From Podarcis erhardii (taxonomy: Eukaryota), in NCBI GenBank assembly GCA_964252035.1, contig OZ176204.1: a stretch of DNA of 64,000 bases; one strand, written 5' to 3'. The notes under the pieces are model-generated. The model saw nothing but the letters and a program-made list of their open reading frames with translations, had not been told where the DNA came from and ran no database searches. Shown in pieces: positions 25,457 through 37,537 of the stretch (position 1 is its first letter; every line of letters starts with the position of its first letter). Made by a program: the position numbers and the translations under genes.

Positions 25457-27784
25457 AGTTTAAATCTGTAGGTTGTCCTGATTTCAGTTTTTAGATTCCA
25501 TTTATTGAAACATTTCCATTCTTTTGGAGGGAGAGGAGAGAGAAGCCACATTGGGTCTCTGTATGTACAGGGACGGGAAACTGGTGAGCAGCAGAGACAG
25601 AGAGCCTGAGTTCTACTCTGTTTTTTGAGCATTTAGTACAGATTGCCTGCACACTTTGAAGCTTTTCACCAGAGGCATGGGAGCTACTAAGTTGTTTCTT
25701 TATGAAGTCATGATGAGAGTTGGAGGGTTTGGAGAAAGCTTTTGCAAAGTTAACGCATGATGATGACACTTTCTGGGTTGAGCCGATTTCTGTCCCCTTT
25801 GATGATTGTGGGGAGATGGTCGCATGTATTCTGTCATGAGGCTAGAGGAGGACTCAAAAGAAACACCACGAACGGCCTAGTAGTCCGTGGAAGTCTCCAA
25901 CAGAAGTGGTGCTTGAGAAACCATTAAACAAGAGGAGCACAGCAATTGGCTTGAGAACTCCCCAACACCTTGAACTCCGCAACGCTTGCCAAACTCTCTT
26001 GGCTGACTGGATATAATAAAATGCGTAAAATAAGGCAGGCAGAAGTTCCTCTGCACGACGGCTGCGTTGCCACGAAGCAGAGCCTTCATGATGACCACGA
26101 GGCGTGCAGAGACGTACCGTGAAGTTTCATGGAAATGGCAGGTTTTTAATTGGCTCTGGCTTGTTAGCATATCGCCCTGCAAGAATAGCGCGAAATGTGT
26201 TGCGATGAGTAGCTCAGCACGGGGAGCGTGCAGCCTTGCCTTCCGTTTATGAGGAAAGCACTGTGTCGGCTGGATGGCTGAGAGCCCCTTATTAAAGCTT
26301 AAATCAATACCATAAACCCTGTACTTTTGGAGTGACACAATAGTACCTAAAGTAACAAAGTGTCCTAATATTGCTGCGATGTGCATTCAGGCCTGCTTAG
26401 GAGCCGGGGGTTGATCTGAATGGATTCGGCTTGCTAATAGCTCCGGCGAACCATTGAAATTAACTAAGCAGGCTCATTACCAAGGGTTAGCTCATAAACC
26501 ATCCTAAACTCCTGGTAATGGAAGCTGTTAAAACTCCATGGGGGCAGCTTTTACAGGAAGTAGCTTTGGGTTCACTGCTGCTTATTCCAGTCAGTTAACG
26601 GCAAGGAAATTAAATCTCCCTTTCTGGCAGGTGACTGGCCAGTTGAAAGTGAGGCCGGATCGTGCAGTCTGTGCACAGGCTACCCATTGCACTCCTGTGC
26701 AGAAGTGACAGCACACCAAGCAGAACTTGTCTTCATAGGTGTTGAAGGTGTAGCAGGAACAGAATTGTCTCCAAACCGATTTTGCTGCACATGTGTGGCT
26801 CAGTCTCTGTATGGTGCTGGTCTTGCATATCAAGGCGCATAGACAACCTCCATGACTCCTAGGCTCATATAAATGAATCCTGCTGCAAAGGAAAATTTTC
26901 AGGGTTTACTGGATGTTCACATGTTTCTGCAGCTACGATGCTCGGGATACTGCTGGGTGGAAATGTTTGTATCCTGAAAGACACAAGGAAAGCGGGTGTG
27001 GTGAGGAAGGAATCTAGATGATCTACTTTAGGTCTGCTTTCCTTCTTCCGTAAGGCTGGATCTGCTGCACTGGTGTCCCCAGAGGGAGAACAGTAGGGCA
27101 ATAGCATGGCTGGGCTTGGACAGAAATAGAGGAGCAACCAGCGGACGAATCCTGTGGCCAGAGAGCTTCTCTGTGCTTTTGCCTCCAATCCCAAAGGCCT
27201 GACCGCATGGATATGCCTAGTTGTGGGCATGACCTATTTGTAGCATTGTGAATTCTGCATTATGAAATCGCTTTGCTTTGTTTAAACAAACTCTGTGCCT
27301 GCTTTCATCAGAGAGCTGATACCAGTAAACTGCCTGCATTAGAAAGCACTAATTTTAGAAAAGTCAGGGATAATTTCCTTTCAATTATCTCACAAGTAAC
27401 CACTTGGAGGAAGGTGTAGACTGCAGAGTTGAGAGAATGAAGGTGAGGTCTCGGGAGTCGATACTCTGGCGAAAGGCTCAGTGTTGCATTAGGGCAGGCT
27501 AAGGGGATGACTTAGGCTCTTTAGGGCGGGGTGAGGGGGGGTCTTAATGTGGTTTACATATTTCTTAAACACAATTGCAGCTGCATCTTTCGTAACAGTG
27601 CCACGCTCAGAGAACCCCAGAATTTCCATTTGCCACAGTGAGGAATGAACTTGAGCAGTTGGCTTTTAGCCATTTTTTTAAAAAAATGGAGACGCAATTT
27701 TGTTTTGTACTTGCGGGCAAAAAAAATATAAATGTAGATGGTGCAGTGATGCAGAATATCATGTAATAATTGTGGAGGCATTGA

Positions 27785-27905
27785 TTTCCCCAACCTGATG
27801 TCCTTCAGATGCTTAGAACTACAACTCCTATAAGACTCAGCCAGCGCAGGCATACTGGCTGGTGGAAGCTGTAGTTCAAAACCTTTGTGGAGCGCCAGGC
27901 CGTGT
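27785..27905. mobile_element. degenerate hAT-type MITE with ACTACA inverted repeat
   Basis: actacaactccta 27818-27830 and inverted tggaagctgtagt 27863-27875. Confidence 0.5.
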
Positions 27906-28149
27906 CAGCAGTCTCTTTTCACTATACCAGAACAAACCTTTGACTCTCCCCCCCCCCTTTGTAAACCATTTCGAGGGTCTTCTTACAATCAAGCAATACT
28001 GTATGTGCATTTTGTTAAATAAAATATAAATAAATGTGTGTGTTCACTGAGAGCTGGGCTTCTACCCACAATGGATGTGCTCTGCCTCCGCAGTCAGAGG
28101 CAATAAAGCTTCAGAATAAACTGCAGGAGGGGAGAGTGTCCTTGTGCTT

Positions 28150-28210
28150 GGGTTTCCCACGAGCATCTGGTTGGCCACTGTGAGATCAGGATGCTGGACT
28201 AGATGGGCCA
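28150..28210 (+). mobile_element. CR1/SINE 3' tail fragment
   Basis: gcatctggttggccactgtgagatcaggatgctggactagatgggcc is the reverse complement of part of the CR1-type tail at 13465-13530. Confidence 0.55.
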
Positions 28211-31200
28211 TTGACCTGATCCAGGAGGCTCTTTTTATTCATTCCCCTCCTAGAATTGTAGTTTGGGCTTTTCATATTTATCTTAATGAACACCGGGCTT
28301 GTCATATTTATCTTAATGAGCACTGAACTACATGTGATTGCACGAATATACTCACATATATTTTTCACCCAGTCCATTTATCAGCTATGATTCCTCCCGA
28401 CCCTAAAAAGCTGAGAACCTTGTGAAATAGCTGGAATCTCTAGAATCACATAGTTCTGACACAAGATTTACTGTCTGCTAAGAAAAATGAGTTGATATAG
28501 CTGAAGAATGCCCCGGCAAATGGGCACAGTGCTGGAAATTCACCTTGAGGAAGAAAAGAGTTCTGATAATGAAAGAGAGAAGGCGGGACGATGGCCGGGA
28601 CAAGGGACAGCATGAGACTTTTGTGGAGACCAATTACACAAAAGCTTGTATCGCTTTAATGAGGTACAAGATTTTGTGTGGATAAGACAGGACTTGGGTT
28701 GCCTACAGTGACAGATTCTGGGATGTGGTGTGAGCTGTGCTGCTCCTCGTGCGAATATCAGCAGCAGAATTTGTGAGTGATGCCGGCCAATATCTCTGAT
28801 GGAGGGTCCATCCACATTAGCAATTTCTCCTGAGCGTTTAATAATATTTACTTTGGGACATGCCCCTGCACCTGTCCTGCAGTAAATTGTTCCCTGGAGT
28901 GTTTTTAAAATACTACAGGAAGATCCCGTCCTTGGTGAAAATGCTTCTCCTTTAAACTATGAATGTCCCCAGAGTCCGGGTATCAGAAAATCTCTGGGCG
29001 CTGGAGAAATGTGGCAGTGAAAATTCACAGGCAAGATTCCTGCAAAGCTCAGAGTCTGGCTTCCTTTCTGCAGCTCCAGCCTAGTGACTGTGCTGATGCA
29101 GATATGCACATATCTATATCCTCCTGCTTGTGTTTTAAGAAAAGAAGAATATGGTGAGATAAAAATGGAAGGAGGGGGAAAACAGCTCGTGACTAAATAG
29201 AGCTGTTCCTCTGCTATTGCTTTCCCTGGTGAAAAACTTACTCTAGTTTCTCGTACCAAGGTCAGTATAACTCATTTCGTTGCATAGGAGGAGTGTTGCG
29301 CTGAGATTCAGGTGTGTGAAAGTGGGATTTAGAATGAGAGCGATCAGATCTTGGCATACACAAAAGAGGGTGCTTTGCATGAGTTGATGTTATGGCTTGT
29401 GTGTCGGTGCTGAGCTGCAGGTGAGATGTGTTTGCTTAATTCTCTGTGTGTAAGAGTGGAGTTGGGAGTAAATGCTTCTGTGCAGGCTTGCCTGGGGATC
29501 AGGGTAAGGGCTTATGTTCAGGCCCTGTGCAGATGTTTGAGAGTTGCCTTCTTCTGGCACAGGCCTTGGGCATTTCCTCACTACCTAGAAACCACTGCTG
29601 CTGGTTCCTGTTTGGGAATCTGCGAAGCCTTTTTGGAACACCCTGTTTTCAATGACTGGGGGGGTGGTGGTCTTGCTCTGGGACCGGGCCCTCGATCCTC
29701 GTGGCCCTGAAGTCTAGAGTGGATTCTTTCATTTTCATTTCACAAAGTTGGAAGGGACCACCAAAAGGCTATTCGATCCATCCCTCCTGTTTCTTTTGGT
29801 CCAGTCCAACCTGTCTCCCTTCACTCAAAAGAAGAAGAAGAAGAAGAAAATATGATCCTTCCCAAATCAGAATGAAAACTTTAACATGCAATGAAAAATG
29901 TGGAAATAATTCATTCTGTTGTTTTGAAGGCCATTACTTGTCTAGTTTGGGTGCCCAGCACTGACCAGCAACCCAGCTGTCCTTGCAGGCTGCGCACCTG
30001 AGAGGCCAATGTGTGTGCCGTGTGATGTGCTTTTTTCAGTCATCCGTGGAAAATATGCAATAGCTGGTAATACAGTGTTTCTGGGAGGATTACTTTTGGC
30101 TAAACTGGCCAGTTCTGTAACTAGCCAGCCCTGTCTGCAAAAGGGAGGGATGTGCTAGAGCAGGCTGTCACGGGCACACGTTTCTGCCTCTTGCCTTACA
30201 CGCTTTTATCTCTATAAGACTCCTCCAGCCTCTGCCACTGTGCTTCACTCTCCCCCCGCCGCATGTTGACTGTCTTCTCCGTCTCAAAAGCTGAGCGAGC
30301 GAGCGGGAGTCAGCGCAGCAGCGTGGATAAATCTTTGGAGAGCGTTGAGCCGTGGCAGACAGTCTTCATTTCCTGTGTCCTCTTGCTCCTTGCTGCCTGT
30401 GCATCCGCCAGCAGAAGCTTTCCCAGCACAGGACAACATCTGAACATTAGCGATCTCTGGGAAGGAGACTGCGAGCAGGAGGCTGGGACTGTGTTAATGC
30501 GGCACGAGGGCGCACTGTTCCTGTAAGCAACCCAAGACAGGAAGCCCATTAATGGGCTCGCTTTTTCCCTGCGCAAACCATTGCAAGCATATTTGTAAGA
30601 ATGCGGTGCCGTGTTCCCCACTGCGCTGCCCCGAAACATGTGTGCACTTTGTCGCTGCAGAGCCGGCTCACATCAGTCAAGCCTGAAGTTGTGTGCAGAG
30701 ACGAGCAGGCTTTGTGGGAAGGTTTGTACATGTTGTGCATTGTGCATGGATTGTCGCCACCCTTGCGAGGCAGGCAGCTCCTGGCCCTCAGTGTGCCTTC
30801 TGCTGCACCCAGTGGTTTGTGAAGGTCAGGGGTGCTCATGCAGTGTGCTCTCCATCATCTCTGAAGTTCTGCCATGCCACTTAATGTTATGAGAGGCTGC
30901 TCCCTCAAGCATTTCTTGGCCAGCTCCCGCTGCGACCGAGTGTAGTTCGCTTAGGTTCCTTAACGATCAAGTTAATAGCTTGGATCCTGTTAAATCCACC
31001 GAGGCACACACTCCATCCTGTCCCTCTTGCTGCAGATCCACCTCTTCCTCCCTGATTCGCCAGCTCGTTCTTCTGTGCTCCACCCACCCACAAATTCACT
31101 TTCCCGAAGAAATTATCTGAATTGCTGTCTTTTATTGACCGAAGTAGCTGGAATTTATAGACTTTCCCTGTACAGCCGTGGCTTCTGTTGGTACAGGTAC

Positions 31201-31949
31201 TTGGGGAAGCAGACAGAGTCTGGCTGAATTATAGACTCCCTTGCCCACAGGATGAGTGCGGAGCTGTGCTGCTTAGGGACCTAGCACAAGTGTGTTTCCC
31301 TAGGAGAGCTGCATCCAGCTTTCAGTCTCCCAGCAGCTATGATGGTTGACTTTGGGGGTAAAGGTTTGCCAAGGCACACGTATGGAGGGGAGCTGAGTGG
31401 TCAGGCTAAGCAATTCAGTGAAGGGTCGTTGTTCATTAGGCCATGATGTTGCAGACCTGGAGACATGAGATCTGCCAGCATTTCGCGGTGTTCCCAGAGG
31501 CCTGAGTCTCTTCCCTCCCCGCTTTTGCAAGGGAAGGAGCCGTGTTTGCATTTTGGCTTTTGGTTCTTGCAAATCCTCCAAGGTGGTTTACAGCTGTTAA
31601 AGTCTCGCTGCAGTTAAAACTAGTAAGCATTTAAAAAGCCAAAATAAAACATCCAGAATAGATATACACTAAAATCCAGATGAAATAAAACCTTCTTAAC
31701 TGCCCATCTAAAAGACAATGCCCTCCACCATTGGAACTGCTTGTAAACAAACAAGTTGACCCTGAGTTTGCTTATTTTCTCATCCCTCCCAATCCATTTC
31801 CCTTTTGTGATGTGTCTTGAGTGCAGAGAAATCTTTGTTTAGCGACTTATAAGCTGTTCTGGGAGCTTTTTATAGCCAAAGAATGGGATGAAAATAAAAG
31901 CTCTAAATAAATAAATGCACATATGTTGTCAGTGGAATACAGAACAGGG

Positions 31950-32215
31950 CCTCGGAAGATGACTACAACTGATGGGCAAGTTCATGTGAGGGGAGGCAGG
32001 CCTTCATATATCCTGGCCCAAAGCCATTTAGGGCTTTATTGATAATAACCAACTCCTTGAATTGGGTCTGAAAATGAATTGAAAGCCGCTGCAATTTAAA
32101 CAAGGCCAGTGTAATATGGCCAGAAAAGCAGACACCAGACATTATTCTGGCTTCAGCATTTTGCACCAGCTGTGGTTTCTGAAAAGTTTTCAAGGGCAAC
32201 CTCACATCTAGAGTG
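31950..32215 (-). mobile_element. L2 LINE ORF2 fragment
   Basis: ORF 31963-32205 RLPLKTFQKPQLVQNAEARIMSG...HITLAL...KALNGFGPGYMK matches the L2 RT C-terminal motif. Confidence 0.85.
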
Positions 32216-32979
32216 TGTTAGTAATCACAGCGTAATTTGTTTCCCTTAGGAGCAGTGTGAGATCAGCCTGCTTCATTCTCCCGCTCTCTTGTTTGATTTT
32301 GGGGTGCAGGTGTGCACAGCATCCCGGGAGCCGGGTCCCAGCACACCTGTCTCCTCCCTGAGCCTGTCTTAAAAAGAATAAAAAATCTCTGGCTGCTGTC
32401 TGTCATTATTCTCAACTGTTCCGCAATTCATATATTTTTCTGGCCCAGAGTTCACTGGGGCAATAGCTACCACAAGTAAACATGGGCCCAGGTCTTCTCC
32501 CACCTGTGTCTGAACCCAATCACCCCTTTTATTTCTGTCCCACACTTCTTCTAGCTTCAGCTGCTTAGCCATGGGGAGTGGGGGCTGCCATGCCTGCTCT
32601 GTAAGCTGGGTTTTTCAGCTTCCTTGGCTTGGGTGCCATCAACGCCCTTCCGCGGAGCAGGCAGGAAGACTGCTGCTGGGGAGCTGGACACCCACTCAAG
32701 CTTCCTCCCCTGAAAAGAATGAGGGAGCCTGGCGAAACGGTTAATGGGGAAAGTATGCAAGCAGCAGGAGGCACCTGATCAATAACTCCCAATCTCCCGT
32801 GGGCCATCAATCCTTCTCCGCAACACGAGCCCACGGCTTCATCAATCAGCCAGCGCACCCGCTCCAGGGCTGCCAGAAGGGCTCAGGGGCTGAGATGCAC
32901 CACGGCACTCAGCAGTCAGAGGCAGCGCCTGGCTGTCGTTTCAGAGGTGGTGTGGGGGGGATCAGGATGAGCTCCCTGA

Positions 32980-33294
<315 letters not shown>

Positions 33295-33615
33295 TGAGCC
33301 ATTTGTCCCCGTTGTGTTGGACTAGAGGGCCCTTGTGGCTCCTTCCAACTCTGCGATTCTATGTCCCATGTCACACCTTCTCCTTGGGTGTGGATCACCC
33401 CCAGCAGGCAGGGCTGGGGGTAATGGCTCCCTTCACCTAGAGCTTTCCCTTCCATGGCCTCCTGACTTCTGTGAGTCCTTAGACCTGGATCCAGATGTGC
33501 CCCCTGGCTCAGAGATGCAAAGCCCAGTCTTGTTCCAAAGATGCCCAGGCATGCTCTGGCATCACTACCCACCAGGCATCCTTCCAACTCTCCCTAGCCC
33601 TGCACCCCCTCTTGA

Positions 33616-33867
<252 letters not shown>

Positions 33868-33870
33868 TAA

Positions 33871-34086
<216 letters not shown>

Positions 34087-34985
34087 TAGCTGCGCTATGC
34101 ATTCTTACCTTGCAGAGATTATCCCGGATCATTGTAGGTAGCCATAGTTGTAGGGCTTCAACAGCCCCACCCAACCACTTGGACCCTCCATCTCTGCTCC
34201 TCTCATGTGCTGATGAGCACTGGTTCTTCAGCACAACTGCTTATGAAACCTGGTCTGCTGGAAGTCTCTCTCTCACACGAACATTGGGCTTCCCAAATCC
34301 TACAACCACCTTTCCAGGGAAGCAGCTGCAGTTTAAACCAGTGGAAGTTCTCCTGCTAGCACCGATCAGGGCTTGTTAACTGTAACAGTGGAATCAATAA
34401 GAATGGGTTGCCCCGCTTTGGGTTCCTGCCGGCTGCCCTAGTCCCTGAGCACGCTTGCATCTCATCGGGGCTGAGAATAACAAGAAGTCTGGTTGGCTTC
34501 CTAGGGCAACACCCAGGGAATTGAAAGGTGCATTAAAAAAATAAAGTAACAAAATTAATATTGAAAGTAGAATCTGCTACGCGGTTTACAAAAAAAAATA
34601 CAGAAAATTAAACACATTAAAATCGTGAATAATAGATAACATTAGAAGTAGATATTTAAAACAATTCAAAACATTTCCAGTGTCACATGGCCTGTTTGCA
34701 ATGTAGCTTTGTGGGTGTGTGACACACAGGAGAGAAGAGTCAGGCAGGCAACAGTGCAGCCCTGCATACCCCATCCAGCCAGTGTTTCCCCCCCACACAC
34801 TGTCACCCCATTGCTCCCATGTGTCTCTTGCCCATGGCAGATCCCTTTAACAGCTCCTTCCACTCCCATTTTCCTGACCATCAGGGGTGCTCTCAGCCTC
34901 CTCTGCTATCCTCCTTTGTATGTGATAGAGGGCAGCGCCCAGGCTGTGGGTGATGCTCTTCCCTGCCTTGTCTCTTTTCCTTTAA

Positions 34986-35279
<294 letters not shown>

Positions 35280-36193
35280 TGACGTTGTTGTGTTGTAGAG
35301 GTGGCCCAGGCTACGGTGCTGTGGAGTGCAAGCGAGGGATGCTGGGGGATTTCTCGATGTCTCTGCCTCAGGCCTCCCTGCTCTCACTCACTACCCACGT
35401 CCCGCGAGTCTCTGGGGAGTCTGGCTCTCTGCTTCCAGGCAGGGTTGCAAGTAAGCTACACCAACCACATGCTCGCTCACTCTCCTTGCTGTCACACAGA
35501 CAGCTCTGCCTGCCTGAGGACCTGAGGGAGTCTGTTAGGCAGCCAATGTCTAGGTCACAGAAGCACCAAGTGTGCCGGGCGGAAACATGCAGGGATACAG
35601 GAGAGGGGATCACCCTTGGTGTCAGGTTGCATTCTGGGAAAGGGTTCCCTCTTAGCCCTCCCCTCTCCTTCCAATTTCTCCTGCTAAGGCTGAACAGCGT
35701 TAAGGGAAGCATCCTCTGCACAACAAAGGGGGAACCAGGTGGCCTGGCTGGGGAAAGGGGTTGTTCCCCCCTTTCCCCACCACTACCAGCTTTCTCCAAG
35801 GCACAGGAGACCCATGGTCAGATGAGCTGCCGCCTCAGCCATGCTGCTGTCCTGGGCTCATTGTGTCCATTAAGGGCCCTGTCTCTTCCCAGTGCGATGG
35901 CAGCTGGCTCTCCGCCTGCCCTTCAGCTGCACCAGCTAGATAACAGCGGTGGAGCATGCCCGCCTGGCTGGGGAGTGCGCAGCTTTGCCATACTTGTTTG
36001 GAAACTGTAATGAGATCAGTGAGGTCCTTTCAGATTCCCCACGTGTCTATTATTTCCTGTTAGGACTGGGAGGGCTCTGTTGGGTAGCAGGAGCCGGCCA
36101 CTGCAGAGCATCTTGTAGGAGCCTGAGGATGCTATGCTCCTGTCTTAGAGCTATCAATCGCATCTTCAGCATCCTTTGTTAAGAAAGGAGTAG

Positions 36194-36599
36194 TTAGGGA
36201 GTATCTTGTCCCTCCAGGTACCAGCTCCCAACCTCCTAGTCCTCTGAGCTGGGATATTTTGACATCTCCAGTCTTCATGGGAATCCACAAAGCTCCCACT
36301 CTCCCCAGTGGCTGCCCAGACTAAAATTCACACACATGTTGTACCTATGGTATATGGCCCTTAACCCTGATGGATATGTGACTTTTGATTCGACCGAGTA
36401 TTTGCCCTAGGGGTAGCAGTAGGTTGAACCAAGGGTCACAGACTTGGCTCAGAAGTGGAGGAGTTTTATGGAAGATGCAACTGGATTGAATTGGTGTGAA
36501 AGGGTTAGTTGGTACTAAAAGTCACAGGCAAGGACTCCCTCTGGGCTGAGTTGATTCTATTACATCAATAAAGTCTTTTGTATATAGTGGAACCTGACA
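36194..36599 (+). mobile_element. possible solo LTR (Gypsy-like)
   Basis: AATAAA at 36567-36572, ends ...TGACA, and is flanked by a 4-bp direct repeat gtag. The 5' end TTAGGG lacks TG. Confidence 0.35.
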
Positions 36600-36886
36600 G
36601 TAGGCCTATGGGCTTTCAGGGCAGGTGGTCTAGAAGATGTTCAGATCTGTCTTGTACTTCAGATTGGCAGGTTGGGCAAAGGAGCTGGCAGCTCTTTGGT
36701 TTCCACGTTCGTTTTCAGTTTATCCAGAGCCTCTGATTTTGTTGCAGGAATATATGCTGTAGGGAGACAAGGACCTTTTATTTCTTTTGAGAGCCACATT
36801 CTCTTGGGGATGATCTGCTGGGGACAGTGTGCCAGCAGTGGAGGCAGCCTGACCCAAAAGTGGGGAGCACCACTTCTCTCTCGCGC

Positions 36887-36936
36887 TCTCTCTTTCTCTT
36901 TCTCTTTCTCTTTCTCTTTCTCTTTCTCTCTTTCTT
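36887..36936. repeat. (TCTCTT)n polypyrimidine microsatellite
   Basis: Tandem tctctt units immediately left of the MITE at 36953. Confidence 0.9.
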
Positions 36937-36952
36937 TCATTCTCTCCCACTA

Positions 36953-37537
36953 CAGTGGTGCCTCGCAAGACGAAATTAATTCGTTCCGCAAGTTTTTTCT
37001 TCTTGCGAGTTTTTCGTCTTGCGAAGCATGGTTTTCCATAGGAATGCATTGAAAATCAATCAATGTGTTCCTATGGAGACTGTCCGGGGACAGAGGGGAA
37101 GGCGCGTGTCTTCCCCTCTGTCCCTGGACCTGTTTAAAGCAAGGGGCGGCGGGGAGAAGATTGCTTCTCCCCGTTGCCTGCCCCGCAATCTCCGGGGACA
37201 GAGGGGAAGCAATCTTCTCCCCGCCGCCCCTTGCTTTTACCAGGTCCGGGGACAGAGGGGAAGGCGCGCGCCTTCCCCTCTGTCCCCGGAGATTGCGGGG
37301 CAGGCAACGGGGAGAAGCGATCTTCTCCCCACCACCCCTTGCTTCAAAAGAGGTCCGGGGACAGCGGGGAAGACGCGCTGCGCTTCCCCGCTATCCCCGG
37401 AGCTTGCGGGGCAAGCTTCGTTTTGCGAAACAAGCCCATAGGGAGATGCGTCTTGCGAAGTGGCTAAGAAAACGAAAAACTCCTTCGTCTAGCGAGTTTT
37501 TCGTCTTCCGAGGCGTTCGTCTTGTGGGGCACCACTG
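36953..37537. mobile_element. Tigger/pogo-like MITE with internal GC-rich palindromic minisatellite
   Basis: TA|CAGTGGTGCCTCGCAAGACGAA ... TTCGTCTTGTGGGGCACCACTG|TA (22-bp TIR, 2 mismatches, TA TSD on both sides). Internal tccggggacag repeats at 37083, 37191, 37245 and 37354. Confidence 0.92.

Noticed and set aside
35285-36010. 241-aa intronic ORF (similarly 62484-63158, 61767-62321, 56292-56861 and 38896-39456)
   Set aside because: No domain motifs or splice support. These are expected by chance in GC-rich intronic, antisense or CpG-island DNA.
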